NCBI GenBank assembly: GCA_051294375.1
Contig: CM119265.1
Coordinates: 6,581,489 to 6,645,488, forward strand
Direction of reading: 5' to 3'
From: Paraspadella gotoi
Taxonomy: Eukaryota > Animalia > Chaetognatha
Length of the DNA: 64,000 nt
A program made the translations under genes and the position numbers. Of this stretch, positions 34,366-47,083 are shown piece after piece (the first letter of the stretch is position 1; each line of letters opens with the position of its first letter). Below the pieces are notes generated by a model. The model was not told the origin of the DNA. It searched no databases and saw only the letters and a program-made list of their open reading frames with translations.

Positions 34366-34813
34366 GATGGAAAGTTGAATTGGCAAACATAGAACTTAGT
34401 TTTCTTTTCGTTTAAATCACGTTTCAAGTTGGTTGATTTTGGTGTCATCCAAACTGAGATGGAATCCACCAATAAAAAGTGATTTCATTCCTCCAACTTC
34501 ACCAATTGCGATTCTCTTTAGACACCTCAGTTAAAGATAACTACTCGGTCTCAAAAAAACTATCTTTCTCCTCATCTCGATATGACCTAACAATGATAAT
34601 TCCATTTTAATTAATGTTTTTCGCCTTTGTTGACTTGGTTGAACTATTGATTGGATCATATTTTTCATTGACAAAGTGAATCTTTTTCTACTCCATCTTA
34701 AACTTTAACTTTTTATCTCAAGACTTTTTTTTTGCCTTTTTCCATTTACTACGTTTAGTTTCGAAGGACAGGTTTTTCAGTCGGTGTTCAGCCAATCGCC
34801 GGTCGTCTAAGAC

Positions 34814-34827
34814 GTTGCCATGACAAC
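34814..34827. promoter_or_regulatory. RFX X-box GTTGCCATGACAAC with an adjacent CCAAT box (34792)
   Basis: 13/14 match to the palindromic consensus GTTGCCATGGCAAC, about 105 bp upstream of the first ATG of the cilia cluster. Confidence 0.85.
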
Positions 34828-34930
34828 CAAAATACTCTCTTGGCTCCCTTATTAGCGTTGTTTTCGAGATTCCGACATTAGCTATATGGCTATATATTGT
34901 TTCTTCTCTTAATTTTTGATCAATATAACA

Positions 34931-35836
34931 ATGAACAACACTAAACCTACTTTTTTCGGGTCCGGCTATAAGGAATCGGGAAGGTCTGATCTCTATGCGC
35001 AACCTCAACGAATTTCCAACACGAACGGCCTCAGTAAATTTATCATTCCTCGTTTTCCGGCCGCGCGCAATCGAGTCGTGTCCAAGTACCCCCCGCCTTT
35101 TCACCCCGACGCGACCCCACACGGGCGATTAAATTTCCATGTGAGTGTAAAAAAGGCATGCGCTTCCCATCATGCTTCTGGCGTGCGTCTCTCCAAGGTT
35201 GTAATCATCGGCGACAGCGCAGTCGGTAAGACCGCCCTTGTCAATCGATTTTGTCGCGACGCTTTCGAGCGCGACTACAAAGCCACCATCGGCGTAGATT
35301 TCGAGGTGGAGCGTTTCGACGTGCTTTGTCAGCCTTACAACCTGCAGATGTGGGACACGGCGGGGCAAGAGCGATTCCGTGCCATCGCCGCCGCCTACTA
35401 CCGCGACGCTCACATCGTCATCGTCGCTTTTGATCTGACCCGACGAGAGACGCTCGACGCCGCAAGCCAATGGCTCAATGATGCACTAAAAGAAACAGAC
35501 CCGGAAAGGGCGCTGACGTTTTTGGTCGGCGCCAAGCGCGATCTTTTATCTGACGAAGAATTTGACGCCTTTGAACCGCGATGCATCAGCGTCGCCAATA
35601 AGCTCAGGGCCGAGCTTTGGATCACCTCAGCCAAAACGGGATACAACGTTGACGAACTTTTTCACCGTGTCGCGGCACTTGGCTTCGAATCCTTGGTGCG
35701 AGAAGAGAATCATTTCGAGGAGGAAGATAAAAAAGGAAAAATAGGAAATGTACTGACAAATACAGATGTGATAGATTTAAAATCTAGCGATTTGTTTGAA
35801 AAAAATCCTTCGGGCTGCTGTAAGCTTACTCGGTGA
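34931..35836 (+). CDS. RAB36: Rab34/Rab36-family small GTPase, single exon
   Basis: LSKVVIIGDSAVGKT, RFCRDAFERDYKATIGVDFEVERF, WDTAGQERF, N-terminal extension and near-terminal CC prenylation motif, all characteristic of the Rab34/36 clade. Confidence 0.88.
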   Translation: MNNTKPTFFGSGYKESGRSDLYAQPQRISNTNGLSKFIIPRFPAARNRVVSKYPPPFHPDATPHGRLNFHVSVKKACASHHASGVRLSKVVIIGDSAVGKTALVNRFCRDAFERDYKATIGVDFEVERFDVLCQPYNLQMWDTAGQERFRAIAAAYYRDAHIVIVAFDLTRRETLDAASQWLNDALKETDPERALTFLVGAKRDLLSDEEFDAFEPRCISVANKLRAELWITSAKTGYNVDELFHRVAALGFESLVREENHFEEEDKKGKIGNVLTNTDVIDLKSSDLFEKNPSGCCKLTR

Positions 35837-36128
35837 CTTCTTTTTTTTTTATCTATAAGCTACAGTAACGTAAGCATTTATATGTGATTCAATTGATCTT
35901 CGAGAAGTTCCTCGTAGAAGTTTAAAATTATGTTACATATTTATTTTTTACAGTACTGTCACTCTAAAACATTTTCGGAAATATTTAAAGCTTAACTGTT
36001 AAAAAGTTAAATATTTCTCTTAGGGAAAAGATTATGATTAATAATAGATTATTTTTAATTTTAGATCCTAAGTTGTAGTTCATTCAAATAGCGATGTCGC
36101 CGGCGATTCACGCACGAGTTGCAGGTGT

Positions 36129-36196
36129 GGTTCTAGTTGGTTGGCGACTTCGCCATGGCGATATCGCCATGGCGAAGTCGCCAACCAACTAGAACC
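36129..36196. repeat. Perfect 68-bp palindrome centred on GATATC
   Basis: GGTTCTAGTTGGTTGGCGACTTCGCCATGGCGAT|ATCGCCATGGCGAAGTCGCCAACCAACTAGAACC. Confidence 0.95.
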
Positions 36197-36340
36197 TTTT
36201 TCTACTACAATACTCAAAACTTTTGTTTGTCCCTTTTTATTTTTCATTTGATTTCTCTGTTTTATCAAGGCTACGATGATACGTTAGAGACTATAACTTT
36301 AATCACGATAGCCGACTGTAGGACATAAGATATTATTATA

Positions 36341-39300
36341 ATGGCGGACGAGGGCGAAGCCGTCACAAGTGCCGACGACGCCGGCGCCACCACCACCGAT
36401 GGTGCTGACGCCTCAACGCTCGCAGCTGAGGATTTGGAGGCGCCAGAAACGACGGATGCCGCCGAGAGTGGCGAAGACGCCCCCGAAGGCTCGCCGTCCG
36501 AGGATCCCCACGCCGCAGAGGAGGGGGAATCTCAGATGGCAATATCCGAACGGACCAGTCAATCGGCGGGCGGCGAAGAATCAGCCATGGAGGAGGGGAC
36601 GAAGGAAGAGGAGGAAGAAGAAGGGGAGGGAGAAGAGGAGACAGAGGGAGTGGAGGGGCAAACTGGAGGGACGAGGGCGGCGACCACGGAAGGGAGCGGC
36701 GAAGAACCGGAAATGTCGATGGCACAAGTGCGTTTCATTTTTGTTGTTGTTGTTGTTCTTTTCTATTCCTAGGTTGAGTATAACGTTTTTCAGTCGGATC
36801 TGCTTATCTCCCCTCAATCTTGTCGGTCATTCACTTAAATCATGTCAGAACATCGAATTATGATAAATTATCTTAGGCAGATCCGACATTGTTTGATCAA
36901 ACTTGTTATTTTGATTGTTTTGTATTTCAGACCGGAAATACCTACGTAGGCTTAGACGGTCAACTCTAATGTTGTCACTTTACAATTTACTTATTTCTTT
37001 ATTTATAAATATCAGATGAATTTAAAAAGAATATGTTTTCTTTTTATCTGGATGTGAATCCCTGCCCGTTATTCTCCCATTCAACAGCGTTTGATGATGG
37101 ATCTGGATGACGAAGACCTCGTTCCCGGCAGCAGCGAAGATGAAGGAGAGAGCGAATTTCAGGACGAGGAGAGCGGAGAAGAGGAGGAAGTGGAAGACGA
37201 AGGAGTCACGCGCGACGATCTCATTGGCGAATACCACGCCATGCTTGAGGAGAGAGAGTCGCTGCAGCAACGACGGTGACGATTGCTCGAAAGTTGACCT
37301 TACTCTTGAGCGACTGCTCGTTAAGGACTTATTTAAAATCCAGGCATTTCTTGGAAAACAAATTGGCGGAATATTTTCGGAAGAAACGAGATGATAAAGC
37401 CGAAGCTGATAAGAAGCCGCAAACTGCGGAACAGGAGCAGAGATACGTAAAATATATGTCGCAGTTGGAGGATTTGAAAAACGAGGTGAAGTGTTAATTG
37501 TTTATCAGTTGATTTCTTCGATTGTACATTTATTCTTTCATGCGTTATTAATCACAGGAAATCAGCGAGCAAGAGATATTTCAAAGAGAACTTCAGGAAT
37601 TGCGCGTTTTGTGTCAAAGATTCGACCAAGAGGTCGTCGATGAACTAGAAAGCTTCAGGTAAAATTAAGCAACAAATACTAGTAATTATATTAGAAATGT
37701 TATGTAATGGGGTCAGAGGGATCGCCCATGAGTAAACTGCTTGTCTTTTTGATAAACTTTGGCCAGATTATATAAACGTAACGTCGCTCTGGGCGCCATC
37801 AATAGCCGAACCGGAAAACCGTTAACGGTTAAAGACATCGACGTTTACGAGGCGCGGGAGACGCAAAAGACGGCAGAGGTCGTCGCCGTCAGACTCGAGA
37901 ACATCAAATTAAAAAACAGGTGACTATAAAATATAAACAAAAGTCTTAACGTAAAATACGATTTAAAAGTAATGTACACTGCGGCGCTAAAAAAAGAAGA
38001 CACTTCTTTCACACCGAAAAAAACTATATTGGATGGATGGATTTTACTAAGATATAGAAACATAAAACAAAGCTTATTGAAAGATAAAGCGATTGGTCTA
38101 GGTCCCATTAAAATCGATCAAAGCGTCAGAAAGTTATAGGATGTCAAAGTCGATTGGTACAAAACATATGACGAGAATAAATTAATTTTAATCAAGAAGA
38201 GTCTTTAACTTTTTTTTATTATAATATGTTTATAATATATGCGATTTTATTCGAATACAACGAGGTTGATTCAGTACAATCATCATCAACAAACAAACAA
38301 TATGAAATTAGCTGAACAAATTCAGCATCAATATCTGTAAGGATAGGTGTCAACCATTTTCAACCTAAATCAAATTAAAATAAGTAAAAAAATTATATAG
38401 AAAAATAATCTTTTAAAAATAAAAAAAAATAGTTGAGTGATAACTTACCCAAAATTAATTTCAAAGCTTTTTCAGATTAAAATTTTTTTTCCTTATGGCA
38501 TCTCATGTTAAAAAAGACTAATATAAACTCTTACAATTATATTAAAATTATTTTTTTAAATTTTTATTATAAAATTATATTTTGATTTTGAGATAATTTA
38601 AAAAAAATTGATTGTTTTCAATATTTATTATTAAAATGCCATATTTGGCAGCAATTAAAAAATATTTTTATAAAAAAGTAATATAAATTTATTGCCAACC
38701 CTTTTATATATTTAATTCCATTAAGATTTTATTAATTCTATATTGTAAACATAAGTCAGAAAAAGAAGTTTAATTAATACTAACCTTTAAAAATCACTTT
38801 TTCCCCAATTCTGTTTTGAGACTCTGACTTTAAAGTCTTGCTATATAGTGGTGTATTTAAAAATACATAGCGTCTTTTTTTTTTTTTGCGTCGCAGTGTA
38901 AATTGTAAGTTATTTTAAATTGATTTCAATCTTAAAAAGGTTGAAAAAACGCGAACAGCAATTGAAGGCCAAAGAGGAGTTGGCCGAGGGACTTCATCTC
39001 ATCGATTTCGAGCAGCTCAAAATAGAAAATCAAACTTACAACGAGAAAATAGAAGAGCGAAACGAGGAATTGCTGAAGCTAAGAAAGAAAATCACGAGCA
39101 CAGTGCAGGTGTCACTTCTTTTTTCTTCTCACTGAAACCATTTTTTACTTCTATAGTCTTCTTTCCTATTCCTTTTTTTCACGAAAAAGGTCCTCACCCA
39201 TTTGAAAGAAAAATTGCAATTCGTTCAAGCGGAAAATCAAGTGCAAAAGGTCAACCTGAAAACCTTGGAGTCCACCGTCGCGAGCAGGAGGGACGTTTTA

Positions 39301-39810
39301 TCGAAGACGAAACAAGGTTATCGAGGAAATGAGATTTTCCCCCTTTTTTTCGAGCTTTGATCTATATGTACAAAATTCTTTAGGTTTCCGTTCCCACGCT
39401 TTCATGAATTACAATTTTAAATGACGAGATACAGTATACTAACGTTGATTTTTTATTGTTAAACTTTCCTTATCGTGGCGACTTTTCTTTTCCTAGGTCG
39501 AGACGCTTTGCGAATCGATAATCAGAGACTGCGGCTCAACTGTGGCATGCTTGGAAACGAACCTCTGCTCAGGGACTTTGAGGAAAAAAAGAATGAGGCA
39601 GAGATGCTCGAGCAAAAACTTGAAAGGTGGAGCCTAAAGAATAAAGAGTGAAGACTAAAGGGGGAGGAAATCGGAAACTAGAACTGTTTGAAATTCAAAT
39701 TTCGTTGTTCCTTTTGTTTTTCCAGATTGAAACGTCAGCACGCGGAACTCACGTTGAGTTGCAGTGGAGTGCGCAAAAAGATTGAACAAGTTCGCGCGAT
39801 TAGGTCCTAA
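36341..39810 (+). CDS. CCDC96: Coiled-coil ciliary protein CCDC96/CFAP184 (DUF4201), about 9 exons
   Basis: Acidic N-terminus, KLAEYFRKK, AVRLENIKLKNR, KEELAEGLHLIDFEQLKIENQTYNEKIEERNEELLKLRKK, GMLGNEPLLRDFE. Confidence 0.9.
36787..36908 (+). mobile_element. Internally deleted HINE-family copy
   Basis: Both sub-terminal repeats (GTCGGATCTGC ... GCAGATCCGAC) and internal sequence shared with 43997-44742. Confidence 0.65.
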
Positions 39811-40036
39811 TTATATTGATATATGTACTACCTGTGCTATCAGCCATCCAAAAAATTGATCTTGCTAACAACCTACGCCGGAATTCCAATGGTTCTCCCT
39901 TCTACAATAATCATTTTTTCATTGTACATTTTTTTTCATACATAGATCATTTTCTAAACTATGCATGGACACGTGATCGACTGTAAGCTAAGCACCGACT
40001 GTAATCGACACTAATCAGCCTTACTAATAAAATAAA

Positions 40037-41649
40037 ATGGCCGACTTAAATCCGCTGGCAAACCCCAAGGGGGTCAAGCTTCTGTGCGAAATGTGCAACA
40101 AACCTGCCTTTGTCCAGTGTCACCGATGCAAAGTCACCTACTACTGCAGCAGAGATCACCAGGTGCGATTCGAAACAATTTTTTGCCTGATGTGGTTTGG
40201 TTTTTAAAATTTTAAATAGATAAAAGATATTTTGGACTCAGGATGCCGACTGGGTGGGAATCCACGAAAAGATCTGCCAACTCTTGATTCCCCTTCGAAC
40301 GCCGGCGTCGTTCTCGAGCTCGGAAGAGCAACGACAGCGACGCCAAGCGGAGATCGTCGTGCGCCAACGCGAGCTGCTCGACCTCACCCTCACCACCGGC
40401 TCCAAGCTTCTCTTCGAGGGCAAGTACGAGCAAGCGGTTCCCGCCGCCATGCAGGTCGAGTTTGGCTTTTGACCTTAAAGTGGGCGGTTTCACTCTTCTA
40501 ACCTTTCCGGTTAATGCGGAACCTTAGGCTCTCCGTTTTGCGATGGACGTCTACGGCAGTGGCTGCATTGAACTCGTTCCAGCTTATCTCATTCTGGCAG
40601 AATCCAGTATTGGTTTGGGAAAACTTGTTCAGGCAGAAGAATATCTTTCCCAGGTTAGCTTTAAGAATGGTTTATTTATTTTTATTTAATTTTGATTAAT
40701 CACCTAATTCCTTGTTAATTTGATAAATTTTAGGCCCAGTGGGCGGTTTTGCAAAAACCCGACTGTTCGAAGGCAGTTCGGTCCAAGTTGAACCGAAACC
40801 TCGGCATGCTTCACGCAGCTGAACGTAATTATTCCGACGCGTTGCGATATTTTTCAGACGATATTTACTATTCGTCAGACGAGTTCGGAACCGACAGCAT
40901 TCACACGGCAGGGGGCTTCTTTCACATGGCTACTGTGTTTCATAAGCAGGTTATTGGACGCTCCATGGGAATTAAAACGTAGTTAACAAGACAGAAAAAT
41001 TTTATTACCAATTTGTTAACAATCAGGGCCAAACGGAAACCGCGGAGTCTTTGTACCTAGAAGTGACTGACATATGGTATAAGCATTTGGAGCAAATTGT
41101 GCAGAGAATGACGACGCGTCCACCAACTCCAAAGGGTGAAAATTATAAAAAAACTAAAAACTAAATGCGAAAAATTTTATATCTGTTACTTGCGCTTCTT
41201 TCATCCTATGCTGCCAGGACTCGGCATAATCCACACGAAGAAAGAGGAACCAAAACCTGGTCTTGATGAAGCTCAAGAAGCCGAGGCGCGCCAGGTAAAT
41301 TCTAAGATATAAAAGAGAAATTTCTTTGCTAAGTGGTTTTCTTCCTCCCCTTTTTTAGGTCTTGCACACCATCCACGAATTGCGTGAGAGAGAGCCACCG
41401 GCCAATCGTGACATTTACGCCAAGGTCAGCTTAACATTTTTGAAACGATATCGGGGAGTTCTCCGCCATCTTTACCTTTTGTTTGACGCTTCTTAGGTCG
41501 TACTGACTCTGGCCATGCTTAACTTCGTCATGAACGAGCCCGACCGCGCGAGGGATTGCGCCAGTCACGCGCTGATGTCGCTCCAGGGAAAAGAAGATTC
41601 CGCAGTGGCGCACGACGTCGTCACTTTTCTCAAACTCGTTGACGTCTGA
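40037..41649 (+). CDS. ZMYND12: MYND zinc finger + TPR-like protein ZMYND12 (axonemal), about 9 exons
   Basis: NPLANPKGVKLLCEMCNKPAFVQCHRCKVTYYCSRDHQ-DADWVGIHEKICQLLIPLR, ELVPAYLILAE, DDIYYSSDEFG..TAGGFFHMA. Confidence 0.9.
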
Positions 41650-41920
41650 CCCTTTTTTTTTTCTAGGAAGGGGGGAAGCTTAAAGAGCAGGGCGAAAAGG
41701 GAATGGGAACACTCAATTTCTAGTCATACGTATGTTTTAATCCTTGAATGTTATTCCTTAATCCAGCTTTGTGTAGGTTTTGGAAAGAAAAAATCTGAGC
41801 AGCTATCCCTAACGCTGAAAATGACTTGATTGTTGCGGAGAGGGCTCACTAACTCATCGTTTCCACACCCGAACACAAACACACAACGTAAAAAAATAAC
41901 TACTTGCTAAAGCTTTGAAA

Positions 41921-44900
41921 ATGCCTATGCCGATGAATGGAAAGAGCATGCTGCAAACGCCGGATCCTTATCACACTCCTGGATACTGCGGCTACGTTCC
42001 GCAATGCAAATACCGAATCGGAAACACATACGGCCACACCACTCACAAATTACTCAAAAATCCCGAAGTGCCAAGCTCTGGAAAACTTGTGCTAACAGAC
42101 ATTTACACAGTAAGCTACTGAATCCGGCTAAAGATTGTTCGGTTCTTTTGTAAACAACAAATTTGCATAATGCGATTTACCAGAAAAAGATCAATATTAC
42201 TATTTTTTTATTGAGGTGGTTCTTGGGAAATTCTTGAATTTTATATTACAACGAAATTAAATTTAGGAAGGAACTGATGTGACGTTGCTCAACAAAAAAG
42301 CTCAAAATGTGTCAACCAGAAACGCATCATGGGGCGATCAAAAATACACTGACCGAATGGTTCCTGGCTACACCGGCTTCATTCCGAAAGCCCAACATTA
42401 CTTTGGGAAGAGATACGCCGAAGGATGTGTCAACTCCGTTTCAGATTTCCAAGTTAGTTTCTCTTTATGTAATCTACATTACGTAAACTCTGCCACATAG
42501 CATATTATAGATATTGCCAATATTTTGTTATTTTATTTTGAATCAAAAAATAATTTAGGAATCGCTAGACAATTTAAAAATTGCTCAAGATATATTGATG
42601 ACCTTTTTTCAGCAGATTTTAAGGATTTTAAAACACATCTTGCTAACATATATCCAGCAGCACTTACTGTCAATAAACTTAATAGTACAAATACAAATGT
42701 AGATTATTATTTAGACATTAACATTAAATCAGAAAACCAAAATCTTACTCTTTCTGTTTATGATAAAAGGAATTCCTTTTCTTTTGAAGTAGTTACCCAT
42801 TTATGGACAGTTGTATTCCTAGAAAAGCAGCATTAGGTGTATTTATTAGCCAATTAATTAGATATGCCAGAATATGTTCAATATTTACATATTTTTCATC
42901 GTGAGCAATAAATTTAAGCAAAAAATTACAAAGTCAGGGTTAAGAAAAATGGGAATTAAATTTTTCAATATTTATAAGGAACTAATAATAAAATATAATG
43001 TTACTGAAGTTGATCTATTTTTAAAAAAGATAAAAAATAACAAAATTAAACCTCTTTAAATAATAATAATAATAACATCAACAATATTATTTAAATAACT
43101 TATTTAACTGTTGATTAAAAACGTCGAATTTGGGTTCAAGTGCATTATTCACTTTGTCGGTCCGCCCCATCAATCTTGTCGGGCATTCACTTATGTCAAA
43201 ACATCGAATTATGATAAATTATGCACAAAAAAAATGATGTCCATCCTTCTGTCCGTCCCACCTTAGCAAAAACATCAATTACTCGTGATTTGATGGATGG
43301 ATTGGAATGAAATTTTGTGTGTGGGTAGGAAAGTGTGTGATTGAGCTGGAAATCAAGTTTCGATGGAATTGTCCGAGTGGAAATGAGTTAAAATTGAAAA
43401 AACAAAAAAATATATTTGACTATTTGAACGCAAAATTACTCATGAGTGCAATTCGGCGATTGACTTAAAATTTTGTATGTGGGTAGGAAAGTGTGTGATT
43501 GAGCAGGAAATAAAGTTTTGATGGAATCGTCCAAGTTGAAATGAGTTAAAATGGAAAAAAACAAACAATCTATTTCACTATTAGATTATGCCTTTTTTTA
43601 TTTTTATATTAAATGTAAATTCAAGCTGCATTAATTAATTATTAATAAATAAGCAATTAATTAATTATTAATTATTTGCAATTAATTAATTTTGTGATCG
43701 AGATTGTTGTTTTGTGATTGAGAGGCGAGACAAAGTGGAAAACGATTTTGACACGAATAAAAAAAAATTATTAATTATCTGATCAGCTGCTTACCGCTAA
43801 AGATCGTGGGCAGATCCGGCATTGTTTGCTCAAGCTTGTTTTTTTGAAAACCAATATTTCGATCTTAATTGACAGATCATCGTTCAGGGTAAAATTTAAG
43901 TGGAGGGATTTATCCCTGTTGTATTGTTTGACTATCTCTCTCTCTCTCTCTCTCTCTCTTTCTTACTAAGAGTCTTCGCTAAGAGTCTTAACTCACTTTT
44001 TAGTCGGATCTGCTTTCAGCAGATCCCGACTCTATAATTCACTTTGTCGGTCCGTCGGTCCGCCCCCTCAATATTGTCGGGCACTCACTTATATCAAGTC
44101 AGAACATCGAATTATGATAAATTATGCAAAAAAAACGATGTCCGTCCGTCCGTCCGTCAATCCGTCCGTCCTTAGCAAAAAACACCAATTACTCGTGATT
44201 GGATGGATGGATTGGAATGAAATTTTGTGTGTGGGTAGGGAAGTGTGTGATTGAGCTGTATATGAAGTTTCAATGGAATCGTCCGAGTGGAAATGAGTTT
44301 AAATGGAAAAAAAAAATTCACTATTTGAACACCAATTACTCATGAGTGGATGGGGCGATTGACTTGAAATTTTGTATTCGGGTAAAAAAGTGTGTGATTA
44401 AACTGGAAATCAAGTTTCGACGGAATTGTTTGAGTGGAAATGAGTTTAAATGGAAAAAACAAAGAACCTATTTTACTAATTGATTATGCTTTTTTTTCTT
44501 TTTATTTTAAATGTAAATACAAGATGTATTAATTAATCAATCAATTAATCAATCAAAACAAACATTTCTGATCAAATTAATTAATTAATTGCCTAATTAA
44601 TTAAATAATTAACTTGAATAAATAAATTATTAATTAAATAATTAACTTGAATTAATTATTAATTAATTATTAATTAATTATTAATTAATTAATTACCGAT
44701 AATGATCGTGGGCAGATCCGATATTGTTTGCTCAAACTTGTTTTCTCTCATTTCACTTTTACCCTGAACGATGGTCAATTAAGAGCGAAATATTGGTTTT
44801 CAATAAAAAAAATATACTGCACTTTTAACCCAAATTCGACGTTTTTCATCAATAATTAAACAGTGTATGCTATGACTCTACAAACTCAACATATTTAACT

Positions 44901-45913
44901 TTAATTTATTGAACTCGTTGATTTAACTTATTTTTAAACTTTTATTAATTAACTTAATGTTAACTTAACATACCCTTAATTATTTAACTTATTATTTAAC
45001 TAATTATTTAACTAATTTAAATTATTTAGATTTATTAAGATAAACATTCAAAATATATCTTTAAAAGATAGGATAAGCAACAATGAAGAATCACCATTTG
45101 GTGATACCTGGATATTGGGATTAAAGAGTAGAAATCCATGAAGGGTTTAGTTTCCAACTGATGACCTTCCCTTTGTATAAACATAAAAATATACAAAAAA
45201 GTAGGATAAAGAAATGTAATTTAATTTGCAAATTTTTCTTATGATTATTGATTATGAACGCATCTTATCTAATTATTTTACTTAATATTATAGGTCGCTC
45301 AAGAGAAACATGGAAGCAAGGAACGGTCTCTCGACGCCGCTCAAAAACCTCCAATGAGGCAGACGGCTAAAGACATGTCTTCGTATTTGTCGCCTGGTAG
45401 TCAGGTGAGAATACTGTGTTTGTGCAAGTAACGATAAATTTTTTTATCCTTTTATTTTAAAACCGAGTTCATTATTTTATTAAGGTTGTGTATTGGAAAT
45501 CGCCCTACAGAATGGAAAACAGCGATAGGCTGAAATACTTCATGTCTGGATACACGGGTTTCGTACCTCGCACGCGGCCTTTGATAGGCATCGGTTACCC
45601 CGTTAAGGTAGTTGAACAATGGGTTGTTTTATTAATTAACAAACTCTTAATAACTTTGTTTCTCCATCAGACTCACGTTGGATTAAACACTTTCACTGAC
45701 ACGATTCACGCTAATGACGCGCTACGCGGGGCTGCCGTACAACTTAACAAACCGGAAGTTGTCAAGGTTGTGACGCGCCCTCTCTACCCGAAAGAAGCTG
45801 GAATGATTCCCAATTACACTGGTCATGTACCAGGATACAAGTTCAATTTCGGCCATACTTATGGCCAGGGAACTGTTGGTGCCACACCGGGTAACATAGC
45901 AGCTCATTCATGA
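41921..45913 (+). CDS. FAM166B: FAM166/CIMIP2-family microtubule inner protein with repeated PGYxG motifs; a possible alternative last exon ends at 45988
   Basis: TPDPYHTPGYCGYVPQCKYRIGNTYGHTT, MVPGYTGFIPK..FGKRY, YFMSGYTGFVPR, GMIPNYTGHVPGYKFNFGHTYG. Contains a repeat-filled intron of about 2.8 kb. Confidence 0.82.
42525..42895 (+). mobile_element. Frameshifted reverse transcriptase fragment, Penelope-like element
   Basis: RYIDDLF, IYPAALT, YLDINI, SVYDKRNSFSFEV, then after a frameshift DSCIPRKAALGVFISQLIRYARICS, typical of the PLE RT C-terminal/thumb region. Confidence 0.75.
43145..43842 (+). mobile_element. HINE/DINE-1-like element, 5'-truncated copy 1
   Basis: Colinear with the copy at 43997-44742, with an internal duplication of about 155 bp and the shared 3' end. 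Confidence 0.65.
43997..44742 (+). mobile_element. HINE/DINE-1-like element, full-length copy 2
   Basis: T-rich start, 5' subTIR GTCGGATCTGC with nearby inverted copy CAGATCCCGAC, (GTCC)n microsatellite, 3' subTIR GCAGATCCGA and terminal stem-loop GTTTGCTCAAAC. This is the canonical layout of Helentron-associated elements. Confidence 0.7.
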
Positions 45914-46372
45914 TTTTATCATGCCTCGGTTTTTTGATCGCGATTAATTGAATTTCTGATTGCAGGGCGTCCCCAGTTGGTTGGCTAGAAATCCAACTAC
46001 GAATAGTCTACCCAGGAGCGCGAGAGCCATCTCAAGCGTGGTTTAGATTTAGTGTGTGCTATTGTCGAATGTCGAATGGTTCTTATCACCAAGACGTAAA
46101 TTTCAATAGAGAATAGACGTAATTTGTACATCCTTTTTCGGGATTAGATGACCAGTATGATTGAGACGAACCCCCCCTCACTCGCTTTTAACAATCATCC
46201 TAGCAAGATACAACACGATATCTCGCACTCCACTTTATTTGTATTCCTGGGGGTTTTTTTGTCCTTACGGCACTAGTCATGAATTATTGTTTTGTCACTC
46301 TTTCGGTGCGATCTCTCAATTTGATGTTTTTCGTCTTCAGGAAAAATATTTTAGCTTAGTTTTAAGCGAATC

Positions 46373-46844
46373 ATGTCGAACCCCAAAGAAATAAAGACTG
46401 AGGATTGCGAATGTGAGGCCAGGGAAGCGGCCGAGTTCGACGAAGTTAAGTTTATTGACAGCAAACCAATACCTGAACAGCAGCCTTGCTATCTTCCCGG
46501 CAACGTTGTCTTCAATTGCACGGATCCCCCTAAGATGCGAACGGTAGAGAGAAGTCCAGATCCTTGGTTCAAAGGTTTGTTAAGACTGCTGGTTGATTGA
46601 TTGAGGCGAAATCGTAACGAAAAACTTTTGTGAGCTTGTCTCAGGTTATGGCGGCATGCCCCAGAATCCGATGTATCGTACGACCAACAACGACTACGGA
46701 AGCGGCGTCCCAGACGTCCACACTTTTCCGGCTGTTTTTTACGGCACTTCAAACGCGTACACCAAGAACGCAGGCCAATGTGGCATGTACCGCGATCATG
46801 GACTCAACACTTCGCTCGACAAGTCCAGTGTCCCGGAATTCTAG
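46373..46844 (+). CDS. PIERCE-family microtubule inner protein (C9orf116/C15orf65, DUF4490), 2 exons
   Basis: PWFKGYGG..PMYRTTNNDYGSGVPDVHTFPAVFYGTSNAYT..CGMYRDHGLNTSLDKS; intron approx. 46575-46644. Confidence 0.85.
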
Positions 46845-47083
46845 TTTTCTGTCCTTTGTCAATTTTCATTACATTGAGACTAATTACATCTCATTTGACC
46901 TATAGTTAAATAAACGAAAGTCGCTAGATAATAGGTCAATCGGATCAAACTACATCGTTATCTCAATCGCTTCCTAGTCATTATGATGTCATTTTGTTAC
47001 ATTTGTACGCCTTTCATTTTTTCAACGGTATGATTTTTAGATTTTTGTCTCGACCAGTCATTGATTGAACGCGAGTATAATCG

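Noticed and set aside
46920-46932. Internal X-box candidates (GTCGCTAGATAAT here; half-sites near 39862, 50390, 54724)
   Set aside because: Weak or half matches expected by chance. A PWM scan is needed before calling them.
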